Positions 10,370 to 19,554 of a stretch of DNA of 58,659 bases are shown in pieces; positions within the stretch are counted from its first letter, which is position 1; every line of letters starts with the position of its first letter. The translations under genes were made by a program, and so were the position numbers. A model generated the notes under the pieces. The model searched no databases. It worked only from the letters and a program-made list of their open reading frames with translations, and was not told the DNA's origin. The DNA is taken from the sequence record DRR723986_7683. One strand, 5' to 3'.

Positions 10370-11335
10370 ATGGCAGTAATTGGGCAGGACATATCGCAAG
10401 CAAAAAGAGTCCTTGATGCGGGTGAGTTAGTTGCTATTCCTACCGAGACCGTTTATGGTTTGGCAGGAAATGCGCTGAATCCGGTGGCAGTAGCATCGAT
10501 TTTTGAGAAGAAAAACCGCCCAAGTTTTGACCCCTTAATTGTTCATATTCCTTCTCTTGACGTAGCAGAGAACTATGTAATTGACATTCCTGATCCGCTC
10601 CGAAAACTTGCCGAGCAATTCTGGCCAGGTCCTTTGACTTTGCTTCTCCCGAGAAAAAATACTATTCCTGACATAGTTACTTCAGGTTTGGAACGAGTTG
10701 CAATTCGTGTACCTGATCATTCCTTGACTTTAGAATTACTCTCTCAGTTAGATTTCCCTCTAGCTGCGCCAAGTGCAAACCCTTTTGGATACATTAGTCC
10801 TACTTCCCCACAGCACGTGGATGCTCAGTTGGGAGAAAGGATTTCTTATATTTTGGATGGAGGAAAATGCAGGGTAGGCTTGGAGAGTACTATAGTAGGA
10901 ATGGAAGAAAACGAAATTGTGGTTTATCGGCTTGGGGGGTTAGAAATTTCGGAAATTGAACGTATTGTGGGGGAAGTGACTGTGAAAAGTCATAGCTCCT
11001 CCAATCCTCAGTCTCCTGGTCTTTTAGAGAGCCACTACGCACCTACGAAGCCTTTTATATTAGGTAACCTGGAAGAATTGATTGCTGAGCGCAAAAGGCA
11101 GGGAATTGACTTTGCGGTACTTTCTCTAGCTCAAGTCTTTCCTGCTATTCCAAGTGGAAGCCAAATTGCTCTAAGTACCAAAGGAGATTTGAAAGAGGCG
11201 GCTACGAATCTCTTTGCTGCGATGCGAACGTTGGATGCGTCCAATGCTACCGTGATTTTGGCAGAATTGATGCCTGAGGAAGGTTTGGGAAAAGCCATAA
11301 ATGACCGCCTGAAGCGGGCTGCAACGAAAGGATAA
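10370..11335 (+). CDS. sua5: L-threonylcarbamoyladenylate synthase (Sua5)
   Basis: PTETVYGLA, KNRPSFDPLIVH, FWPGPLT, AAPSAN, C-terminal SUA5 domain (PGLLESHYAP...DRLKRAA). Confidence 0.93.
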   Translation: MAVIGQDISQAKRVLDAGELVAIPTETVYGLAGNALNPVAVASIFEKKNRPSFDPLIVHIPSLDVAENYVIDIPDPLRKLAEQFWPGPLTLLLPRKNTIPDIVTSGLERVAIRVPDHSLTLELLSQLDFPLAAPSANPFGYISPTSPQHVDAQLGERISYILDGGKCRVGLESTIVGMEENEIVVYRLGGLEISEIERIVGEVTVKSHSSSNPQSPGLLESHYAPTKPFILGNLEELIAERKRQGIDFAVLSLAQVFPAIPSGSQIALSTKGDLKEAATNLFAAMRTLDASNATVILAELMPEEGLGKAINDRLKRAATKG

Positions 11336-11457
11336 AATTTCTTTCCGATACTTCTTCGCAAATTGATCACAGGGGAAAGTCGATTTTTGCCGTAATCTTT
11401 GATAAATTCACACCTGATTTTTATCTATTTAATTAATCAAAAGCTATTAACCTTACT

Positions 11458-12657
11458 ATGAACTCTAGAATCAAAAATGTAGATAATCTTAGTTTTGAAG
11501 GCAAGAAAGCGCTCGTGAGAGTGGATTTCAATGTTCCTTTGGACGACCAACTGAATGTAACTGACGATACCCGTATTCAAGCTGCACTTCCAACGATCAA
11601 TAAAATATTGAAGGATGGCGGATCTGTGATCTTGATGTCTCACTTGGGCAGACCAAAATCGGGACCTGAGGATAAATTCTCTTTAAAGCACATCGTAGTT
11701 GCTTTGGAAAAAGCATTGGACAGAAAAGTAAAATTTGCCCAGGACTGCATAGGCCAAGAGCCGGAAATGCTTGCAGAAGGTTTGAAGCCTGGCGAAGTTT
11801 TGCTTTTGGAAAACCTAAGGTTCCATAAGGAAGAAGAAAAAGGGGATAAGGATTTTGCTGAGAAGCTTTCCAGACTTGGCGATGTCTATGTGAATGATGC
11901 GTTCGGTACAGCACATAGAGCGCATGCATCTACGGCGGTTATTGCTCAATTCTTCAATGATAAAGTTTGTGGATACTTAATGCTTTCTGAGTTGAAAAAT
12001 GCAGACAAAGTATTGGGCAATCCTGAAAGACCATACACCGCGATCATGGGTGGAGCGAAAATCGCTGACAAGATTTTGATCATCGAGCAATTGCTGAACA
12101 AAGTAGATAACCTGATCATCGGTGGTGGTATGTCCTATACTTTTGCCAAAGCACAAGGTGGAACAATCGGTGATTCTTTGCTTGAAGCTGATAAAATGGA
12201 TTTCGTTCTTGAGCTAATGGAAACAGCAAAAGCAAAAGGGGTTAATCTTATCCTTCCGGTTGATACAGTGATTTCTAAAGCTTTTGCAAATGATGCTGAG
12301 CAGGGAATGGCTAACAAAGGCGAAATTCCTGATGGATGGATGGGCTTGGATATAGGACCAAAATCCCGTGAATTGTTCTCTGAAGTAATCGCAAATTCAA
12401 AGACTATCCTTTGGAATGGTCCAATGGGCGTTTTTGAAATGGATTCGTTTGACAAAGGAACAAAGGCTGTCGCTGAGGCGGTAGTAGCTGCGACAAAAGC
12501 TGGCGCTTATTCCCTAATCGGTGGAGGTGACTCTGCAGCTGCGGTTAATAAGTTTGGATATGGAGATGATGTGTCCTTTGTATCTACTGGTGGTGGAGCA
12601 TTGCTAGAGCATATGGAAGGCAAAGTGCTTCCAGGTGTTGCGGCTTTGGAGCCTTAA
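11458..12657 (+). CDS. pgk: Phosphoglycerate kinase
   Basis: [47 protein letters not shown]. Confidence 0.98.
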   Translation: MNSRIKNVDNLSFEGKKALVRVDFNVPLDDQLNVTDDTRIQAALPTINKILKDGGSVILMSHLGRPKSGPEDKFSLKHIVVALEKALDRKVKFAQDCIGQEPEMLAEGLKPGEVLLLENLRFHKEEEKGDKDFAEKLSRLGDVYVNDAFGTAHRAHASTAVIAQFFNDKVCGYLMLSELKNADKVLGNPERPYTAIMGGAKIADKILIIEQLLNKVDNLIIGGGMSYTFAKAQGGTIGDSLLEADKMDFVLELMETAKAKGVNLILPVDTVISKAFANDAEQGMANKGEIPDGWMGLDIGPKSRELFSEVIANSKTILWNGPMGVFEMDSFDKGTKAVAEAVVAATKAGAYSLIGGGDSAAAVNKFGYGDDVSFVSTGGGALLEHMEGKVLPGVAALEP

Positions 12658-12677
12658 AAATTTCAGACTTTCATTTC

Positions 12678-12717
12678 AGACCTTCGGAGTTTTTAAAACT
12701 TCGAAGGTCTTTTTTTT
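12678..12717 (+). terminator. Long palindrome / intrinsic terminator after pgk
   Basis: AGACCTTCGGAGTTTT-T-AAAACTTCGAAGGTCT (16 bp arms, one G-T pair) followed by a T tract. Confidence 0.8.
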
Positions 12718-12819
12718 GACTTTTTAAACTGCAACGAATACATCTTTTAGGTTATTCAGGATTTCACTTAAATTCCAAATGTCAAATCATGAATTCTGAA
12801 TTTCGAAGTGGGGGAGAAG

Positions 12820-13677
12820 TTAAAACGCTACTTCCACCAACACAGGAAAGTGATCTGAAGGATATTTTTTTCCATAATTATCAGTCAGAATCCCATGACG
12901 AATCACCTTAATATCCCCTTTCACAAACACGTGATCGATGATTCCATCAGGCATTTTCTCCCAGTCAAAACTTGTAAATGAACCTGCTGGACCATAAGAT
13001 GGGATTTCAGAAATAAGTCTGGCATCTTGCCAGTCTGGGTTGCTGGTAATGGTAGAATAGGCAGCATTATCAGGTTTTACATTAAAGTCTCCCATAAGAA
13101 TTGCCGGAGCATTTTCTTTGTTGATCAAAGACACTTGTGCCATCACCAACTTGCTGCTTTCTTCCCGTGCCTGCTGACCGATGTGATCGTAGTGAATGTT
13201 GAAAACATAGAAGGTTTTTCCGCTCGTATCCTTGAATTTACCCCAAGTACAAATCCTATTCAGCGCAGCATCCCAGCCCTTACTTGGTTTCTCAGGGGTT
13301 GGTGAAAGCCAAAAAGTGCCTTGATCCAGCATTTCAAACTTCTTCGGATCGTAGAGAATTGCTGCATATTCACCTTTCTCAGTTCCATCATCGCGGCCCA
13401 CCCCAATATATGAATAGCCAAGTTCTTTGGTCAGATCCATGAGTTGATTATTTAATGCCTCTTGTACACCAACGAGCTCAATTTGGTGAAATTGAATCAA
13501 GCTTGCCACATGCGGAAGACGATCTTCCCAAAGGTTTCCTACATCGTTTGGATTGGCGTATCGGATGTTGAATGTGGCGAAATTGTGGGTTTGGGCGATG
13601 GAAATCGAATTAATTCCTAGGTTTAGAGTCAGCAACAAAAGGCTTGTTTTTATTAGACTTATCAGGGTTTTTGTCAT
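12820..13677 (-). CDS. Secreted endonuclease/exonuclease/phosphatase family protein
   Basis: Signal peptide; TFNIRY, GVQE, GVGRDDG, GTFWLS, MGDFN, IDHVF, PSDHFPV. Confidence 0.92.
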   Translation of the reverse strand: MTKTLISLIKTSLLLLTLNLGINSISIAQTHNFATFNIRYANPNDVGNLWEDRLPHVASLIQFHQIELVGVQEALNNQLMDLTKELGYSYIGVGRDDGTEKGEYAAILYDPKKFEMLDQGTFWLSPTPEKPSKGWDAALNRICTWGKFKDTSGKTFYVFNIHYDHIGQQAREESSKLVMAQVSLINKENAPAILMGDFNVKPDNAAYSTITSNPDWQDARLISEIPSYGPAGSFTSFDWEKMPDGIIDHVFVKGDIKVIRHGILTDNYGKKYPSDHFPVLVEVAF

Positions 13678-13853
13678 GAATTCAGAACTTATTCTTGAAA
13701 AATGGTTTAAGTATTTAAAATTGAGTCATAATTTCATCAAATGAAATCGAACATCGAGAAAACTTTTCAAAGAAGAGTATTTCTTAATATGCAAGAGACC
13801 ATCCCGAAATATTGGGACAGGCGTGTGGCCATTAAAAATCAAATTAAAAACAC

Positions 13854-14747
13854 ATGAAAACCCTTTATCCCAAAGACCTAAGTGCCCTAGAATTTTACAG
13901 TTTGATGCAGGGCGCTGTGGCGCCAAGACCTATTGCCTTCGTCAGTACTATCGATAAGGCCGGAAATATTAACCTTAGCCCATTTAGCTTTTTTAATTTA
14001 GTTAGTTCCCAGCCTCCGATTTTGATATTTTCTCCTCTACGAAGAATGAGGGATAATACCACTAAGCATACCCTTGAAAACATTTTGGAAGTGCCTGAAG
14101 TAGTGATCCATATCGTTCATTTTGGTATGGTGGAGCAAATGTCGCTCGCCAGCACTGAGTATGAAAAGGGTGTGAATGAATTTGAAAAAGCAGGATTTAC
14201 CCAAGTAGCTTCCAGTGAAGTCAAGCCGCCTCGTATCAAAGAAGCCCGTGTTTCTTTTGAATGTAAAGTGAATGAGGTAAAGTCACTTGGAGAAAGTGGA
14301 GGTGCTGGAAGTATTGTAATCTGTGAAGTGCTTGCGGCTCATGTAAATGAGGCCATTTTCGATGATGCTGGAGCGATAGATCCAAACAAGCTAGATGCAG
14401 TAGCGCGTCTTGGTGGTAATTGGTACAGTCGAGCCAGTGGGGCTTCACTTTTTCAGATTCCTAAGCCATTGCGTACCCTCGGGATTGGAGTTGATCAACT
14501 GCCGGACGATGTTAGAAATAGTACCATCCTAAGTGGAAATAACCTAGGTAGACTTGGTAATGTTGAAGCTTTTCCCAGTGAGGCTGAAATAGCGGAGTTT
14601 GGAAAAAGCGATGAAATTGAGGAAATGAGACTTCGATTCAAATATGATCCAGATTCTCTTGTGGATCATTTACATCTTTTGGCCAAGGAGGCACTAGATG
14701 AGGATGATGTGGAGAGGGCTTGGTTGATCCTGTTGCAAAAGACATAA
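13854..14747 (+). CDS. Flavin reductase family protein
   Basis: VAPRPIAFVST...NLSPFSFFN, KHTLENI, VARLGG.WY. Confidence 0.88.
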   Translation: MKTLYPKDLSALEFYSLMQGAVAPRPIAFVSTIDKAGNINLSPFSFFNLVSSQPPILIFSPLRRMRDNTTKHTLENILEVPEVVIHIVHFGMVEQMSLASTEYEKGVNEFEKAGFTQVASSEVKPPRIKEARVSFECKVNEVKSLGESGGAGSIVICEVLAAHVNEAIFDDAGAIDPNKLDAVARLGGNWYSRASGASLFQIPKPLRTLGIGVDQLPDDVRNSTILSGNNLGRLGNVEAFPSEAEIAEFGKSDEIEEMRLRFKYDPDSLVDHLHLLAKEALDEDDVERAWLILLQKT

Positions 14748-14774
14748 AAAAAGCGGCTTAAGCCGCTTTTTTTT
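14746..14774. terminator. Bidirectional intrinsic terminator
   Basis: A7-GCGGCTTAAGCCGC-T8 perfect palindrome between convergent genes. Confidence 0.88.
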
Positions 14775-16542
14775 ATTTGATGATGAATTCCTGTGGCATT
14801 CTTACTTGAATGCCTTCGTAGGATTTCAATTTCTCTACTTGCTTGATGAGTTCGTAGTTAGATCCCAACTTACTCTGAAGTATTTTGACTTGTACATTAT
14901 TTCCTAAATCCTCCATGATTGTTTCAAACCAAGGTTTTTTAGTTGGGTAATACACTACGTGATAATCATCTGCGGCTCCGATTCTGGCTGCAGCAAGATC
15001 AATCGTAGTATTCAATCCTCCAAGTACATCTACCAAACCTCTTTCTTTAGCTTGATTTCCTGTCCAAACTCTTCCTGAAGCAATTTCTTTCACGGCTTCT
15101 GTAGACATTCCTCTACCTTCAGAAACGCGGGAAATAAACGTTTCATACCCATCTTCTATGGTACGTTGGATGATGGATCGTTCTACTTCGGTCATCGGTC
15201 TGGTAGGGTTCATGAAATCTGAAAGCTCTCCCGTTTTTACAACATCTGTAGTAATTCCTAAATGCTTATTTAGCAGTTCTTGGGCGTTAAACATCATGCC
15301 GAAAATACCGATTGATCCTGTAATAGTATTTGGCTGTGCCACAATAGTATCAGCCGGCGCGGAAATATAATAACCACCAGAAGCAGCAACTTCCCCCATA
15401 GAAACATATACTGGCTTGGATTTTTTAGCTTCTGCCATTTCTCTCCAGATCACTTCAGATGCTACTACTGAACCCCCTGGGGAGTTTACGCGAAGTACGA
15501 TTGCCTTGATGTTGTCGTCTTTACGTGCTTTGCGAATTTCTTTTGCAAACTTTTCGGAGCTGATTACCCCATCAGCATCTCCACCTACGATTTCTCCTTC
15601 TGCGATGATTACAGCAATTCTATTGGAAGAAGTGATGTTTTTAAATTTTGCAGTTGCATTCAAGTCAGTTACGTTGATCGTTTTGATGTCATCGTCTTCA
15701 TCGATACCAAGCTTTTCCTTCATCTTCGAAAGTACTTGGTCCATATAAAGTAATTCAGTTGCTAATCCGTAAGAAACTGCATCTTCAGGCTTTCGAACCA
15801 ACATCATGTCGTTGATTTTCTTCAAGCTGTCGTAAGGTATTCCTCTAGACTCAGAGACGCCATGAAGTGCAAATTGATTCATGTCATCAAGGAAAGATTG
15901 AGTTTGTAGCCTGGCTTCAGGACTGCTTTTCTCTAGGATAAATGGCTCTACTGCAGATTTGAATTCACCTACCCGGAATATTTCCGGTTGAACTCCTATT
16001 TTTTCAAAAAGTCCTTTAAAGAAGATTCCTTCAGAGGAGAAGCCGTTGAAGTCAATACCGCCTAGAGGATTAAGGTAGATTTCATCGGCAACAGAAGCAA
16101 TGTAATAACCACCTTCAGTATACGCTTCGTCATAAGCGACGATAAATTTACCTGAAGTTTTGAAGTCTACTAAAGCTTCACGAAGCTCAAGCAAGTTGGC
16201 TTGTCCAGCGATGATAAGACCAGTATTTAGGTAAATTCCTTTTATGTTATCATTGGTTTTTGCTTCGCCAATGGCTTTTTTAAGGTTAATAAGTCCTGCA
16301 CTGAACTCCTGACCAAATGGATTTCCAAACATGGAAAGATCCAAATCATCCTCTGAGGTTCTTTCTACGATAGTTCTACCATTAAGGTCCAGGTGTAAAA
16401 CAGTATTTTCACTTACAGTGACTTCTTTGTCTCCACTTGAAGAGGCGACGATGCCGATCAGCCCTAACATAAGAAGCACACTCAGTATGCTGAAAACAAA
16501 AAGACCGACTATTACCGCCAGTACATTTCCTAAGAATTTCAT
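14773..16542 (-). CDS. sppA: Signal peptide peptidase SppA (67K type)
   Basis: N-terminal TM, GEFKSAVEP, LRVNSPGGS, SMGEVAASGGYYI, TITGSIG, GRVWTG. Confidence 0.95.
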   Translation of the reverse strand: MKFLGNVLAVIVGLFVFSILSVLLMLGLIGIVASSSGDKEVTVSENTVLHLDLNGRTIVERTSEDDLDLSMFGNPFGQEFSAGLINLKKAIGEAKTNDNIKGIYLNTGLIIAGQANLLELREALVDFKTSGKFIVAYDEAYTEGGYYIASVADEIYLNPLGGIDFNGFSSEGIFFKGLFEKIGVQPEIFRVGEFKSAVEPFILEKSSPEARLQTQSFLDDMNQFALHGVSESRGIPYDSLKKINDMMLVRKPEDAVSYGLATELLYMDQVLSKMKEKLGIDEDDDIKTINVTDLNATAKFKNITSSNRIAVIIAEGEIVGGDADGVISSEKFAKEIRKARKDDNIKAIVLRVNSPGGSVVASEVIWREMAEAKKSKPVYVSMGEVAASGGYYISAPADTIVAQPNTITGSIGIFGMMFNAQELLNKHLGITTDVVKTGELSDFMNPTRPMTEVERSIIQRTIEDGYETFISRVSEGRGMSTEAVKEIASGRVWTGNQAKERGLVDVLGGLNTTIDLAAARIGAADDYHVVYYPTKKPWFETIMEDLGNNVQVKILQSKLGSNYELIKQVEKLKSYEGIQVRMPQEFIIK

Positions 16543-16603
16543 AAGCTAAATTATTTGAAGCCCAAAATAACCTAATTTGGGCCATGTATACAAAAGCAAT
16601 TTT

Positions 16604-17092
16604 ATGCGGAGAAAGTTTGAAAAAGCAGTATTAATATTAGGAGGGAATAAAGGAGATAGAAATGTGCTGCTAGCGTCGGCTGTGAAGGCTGTTTCGGAAT
16701 TAGGGAAAGTGACAGCGAAGTCGAAGATTTACGAAACAGAAGCATGGGGTGGAGTAGCTAAAGGGCCTTTTTTGAATCAAATTGTTGAAATTGAAACGAC
16801 ATATTCACCGTTTGAAATCTTAAATTTTATTCAGAAAATCGAGATAGTTCTTGGAAGGAAAAGGGACGAACACTGGGGAGATCGGACGATGGATATTGAT
16901 ATTATTTATTTTGGCGGTCAAGTGATCGAAGCAGTGGAATTGGAAATTCCACATCCATATTTGTCCGAACGGAAGTTTGTACTCACCCCATTAGCTGAGA
17001 TTTTACCTGATTTTATGCATCCTATTACGGGGAAAAGTAGTCTGCAGATGCTAAAGGAATGTAGAGATAAAAGTGAAGTGAAAGAGTTCTAA
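16604..17092 (+). CDS. folK: 2-amino-4-hydroxy-6-hydroxymethyldihydropteridine diphosphokinase
   Basis: LGGNKGDR, YETEAWG, FLNQ, GR.R...WGDRTMDIDI, IPHP...RKFVL.PL.EI; start uncertain (16577 TTG or 16604 ATG). Confidence 0.93.
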   Translation: MRRKFEKAVLILGGNKGDRNVLLASAVKAVSELGKVTAKSKIYETEAWGGVAKGPFLNQIVEIETTYSPFEILNFIQKIEIVLGRKRDEHWGDRTMDIDIIYFGGQVIEAVELEIPHPYLSERKFVLTPLAEILPDFMHPITGKSSLQMLKECRDKSEVKEF

Positions 17093-17179
17093 AGTTTTGA
17101 GTTCAAAGTAGCCGAGGCACTTTGCATGGGCAATAAATAATTGCTCATAAGCAGATAATCTGGGGTATGATATTCATAA

Positions 17180-17386
17180 TCAATCTTCTAGGAATTCCAA
17201 AATATCTCCAGGCTGACAATCTAGAGCCTGGCAAATGGCTTCCAAGGTACTAAAGCGGATAGCCTTCGCCTTGCCTGTTTTTAGAATTGAGAGGTTGGAT
17301 AAGGTTAATCCTACTTTATCCGAAAGTTCATTTAATGACATTTTCCGCTTTGCCATCATGACGTCGAGGTTTACAATAATCGGCAT
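17180..17386 (-). CDS. XRE/Cro-C1 HTH transcriptional regulator (YozG-like)
   Basis: MPIIVNLDVMMAKRKMSL.ELS..VG.T..NLSILKTGKAKAIRFSTL..IC..LDCQPGDIL. Confidence 0.93.
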   Translation of the reverse strand: MPIIVNLDVMMAKRKMSLNELSDKVGLTLSNLSILKTGKAKAIRFSTLEAICQALDCQPGDILEFLED

Positions 17387-17389
17387 AGT

Positions 17390-17944
17390 CTAGACAGTGA
17401 GTTCGTTTTCGGATTGTATTTCAATCCCTTTTTTTACCACTTGGACGGCAATGAAAAATAGTACAGACATGAAAATCCACACATCTCCCCCCTCCAAATG
17501 AAGCTTTTTCATATCAATAGCTGGAATGCCCTGGGTAGTAAGCCAATGGTAGAAATTTGCTCCGCAATTTGAAAATAGGCCGATGGCAAATGCCAGATAG
17601 GTGAAATTCAACATGAATTTTTTCAGCTCAGAGGTGAAAGGCTGTGAAAATGAAAGGGTCTTATTGGAAAAAAGCTTAATAATTTGATGAAAAAGGAGAA
17701 TTTTCAGTACTGCAACAATACTCATTACAAGCGTAAGAATTAGAAAATGTCCAGAGTCAAAATTATAAATAGCAGAGAAGTCCACTTTTTCCCAGAAATT
17801 TTTGGCTCCCTCAGGATTGATAAATAAGGTTATAAATGTGTTGACGATGATAGCGCCAGCTTCCACCATCAAAGCGATGTAAAAAATCCATGCCATGACG
17901 TGCAAGATTTTCAAAGTCTTATTCGCATTAAGTTTGGTTTCCAT
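17390..17944 (-). CDS. DUF2975 family membrane protein
   Basis: Four TM segments; C-terminal 'KKGIEIQSENELTV'; typical pairing with the downstream XRE gene. Confidence 0.88.
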   Translation of the reverse strand: METKLNANKTLKILHVMAWIFYIALMVEAGAIIVNTFITLFINPEGAKNFWEKVDFSAIYNFDSGHFLILTLVMSIVAVLKILLFHQIIKLFSNKTLSFSQPFTSELKKFMLNFTYLAFAIGLFSNCGANFYHWLTTQGIPAIDMKKLHLEGGDVWIFMSVLFFIAVQVVKKGIEIQSENELTV

Positions 17945-17982
17945 ATTTATTTACGTTTGATTCGGTAAATAACACTAAAAAA

Positions 17983-17999
17983 TTATTGATAAACAATAA
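17983..17999. promoter_or_regulatory. Putative operator of the DUF2975-XRE operon
   Basis: TTATTG-ATAAA-CAATAA inverted repeat ~40 bp upstream of the start codon. Confidence 0.45.
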
Positions 18000-18077
18000 A
18001 TAATTAGCGATCAAAGGAAATTTATTTTTCAATCCGTTGATAGTTTTACCGCCAAAGGCGATGTACACTAAAGTCAT

Positions 18078-18113
18078 AAAAAAAGGTTCAAGCCTGTGAA
18101 AGCTTGAACCTTT
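18078..18113 (-). terminator. Intrinsic terminator of fabD
   Basis: AAAGGTTCAAGC / GCTTGAACCTTT stem, with a T tract on the minus strand. Confidence 0.8.
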
Positions 18114-18169
18114 GGTGTATATACTTTTAATCTACGACCCCTTATCCTATGGAATCGATGTATTTGCAG

Positions 18170-19045
18170 TTAAAGACCTGAAACTTCAGCTTCAGGATGA
18201 ATCTTTTTTACAAGGCCTTGAAGTACTTTTCCCGGACCGCATTCCACAAACTCGGTAGCGCCATCTGCAACCATGTTTTGGACAGATTGTGTCCATTTTA
18301 CAGGAGCAGTGAGTTGTGCTATTAGATTGGCTTTGATTTCTGATATTTCAGTAACTGCCGTGGTGCTCACATTTTGGTAAACAGGGCAGCTAGGCGTGTG
18401 GAAAGTGGTTGCTTCTATAGCTGTCTGCAATTTTTCACGAGCTGGCTCCATCAATGGAGAATGGAATGCTCCCCCTACAGGTAGTGGTAATGCACGCTTA
18501 GCTCCAGCTTCTTTCATCTTTTCGCATGCGATTTCGATGCCTTTATTCGAACCGGAAATCACTAATTGACCAGGACAGTTATAGTTTGCTGCTACGACTA
18601 CTTCTTCGGAAATGCTCGCACAGATTTCTTCTACTTTTTCATCGGCTAGACCCAAAATAGCAGCCATGGTCGATGGGTTGATTTCACAAGCTTCCTGCAT
18701 GGCAAGGGCTCTTTGGTAAACTAATTTCAGCCCGTCTTCAAAAGCAAGTGTGCCATTGGCTACTAATGCTGAAAGTTCGCCCAAAGAATGACCTGCTACC
18801 ATGTCAGGTGCAAAATCAGGAGTTGTTTTGGCTAAAATTACAGAATGAAGAAATACAGCAGGTTGAGTTACGTTAGTTTGCTTGAGTTCCTCAGCAGTCC
18901 CGTCGAACATAATATCTGTAATGCGGAAACCCAAGATCTCATTTGCTCTTTCAAATAATTCTTTTGCTTCGGTACTTTCTTCATAAAGTGCTTTTCCCAT
19001 TCCTGGGAATTGGGCGCCTTGGCCCGGAAAAACAAATGCCTTCAT
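18170..19045 (-). CDS. fabD: Malonyl-CoA:ACP transacylase
   Basis: FPGQGAQ, TQPA, GHSLGE, ANYNCPGQ, GAFHSPLM, GPGKVL. Confidence 0.97.
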   Translation of the reverse strand: MKAFVFPGQGAQFPGMGKALYEESTEAKELFERANEILGFRITDIMFDGTAEELKQTNVTQPAVFLHSVILAKTTPDFAPDMVAGHSLGELSALVANGTLAFEDGLKLVYQRALAMQEACEINPSTMAAILGLADEKVEEICASISEEVVVAANYNCPGQLVISGSNKGIEIACEKMKEAGAKRALPLPVGGAFHSPLMEPAREKLQTAIEATTFHTPSCPVYQNVSTTAVTEISEIKANLIAQLTAPVKWTQSVQNMVADGATEFVECGPGKVLQGLVKKIHPEAEVSGL

Positions 19046-19116
19046 TAATTGGTGTTTTTTGTTCGGGGCAAATATAAGTCTTTTCCCAAATGTCAGTTTG
19101 CTAGTAAAGCCCGATA

Positions 19117-19554
19117 TTACAACCCAGCAAAACCGGTTTGCTCAAGATTTTCTTTGGACAGGAATTTAGCTTTTTCCTCAGGACTAGCCAGTCTACAGGT
19201 GTTTTTCTTGCCAAACCACCGATACCGGTTTGCTCCAATCCAATCGTAGATAGGGTCCCGAAGAAATTTGGGTATTAAAATAAGAGCATACAAAGCCGGC
19301 CAGAGTCCAGAGAGGTTTCTTGCGATTTTAAGCGCAGCAGTACTTTTGTAATAGATTTCCCCCTTTTCTAAAAGCACAATTGAGTCTAAATAATGTTCTC
19401 GAACCTCAAATTTGGAAAGTATTTGCCTACTCAAATCCTCCTGCAGTGCTCCTACCAAGAAGTGATCTTTATTATCGCGTTGGATTACAAAATCAATGGA
19501 AGTATTACATAAGTTGCATACTCCATCAAAGAAGATGATGGATTTGGCTGACAT
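19117..19554 (-). CDS. DCC family thiol-disulfide oxidoreductase
   Basis: FDGVCNLC motif, 'Y.KS.AAL', 'IGANRYRWFG'. Confidence 0.9.
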   Translation of the reverse strand: MSAKSIIFFDGVCNLCNTSIDFVIQRDNKDHFLVGALQEDLSRQILSKFEVREHYLDSIVLLEKGEIYYKSTAALKIARNLSGLWPALYALILIPKFLRDPIYDWIGANRYRWFGKKNTCRLASPEEKAKFLSKENLEQTGFAGL

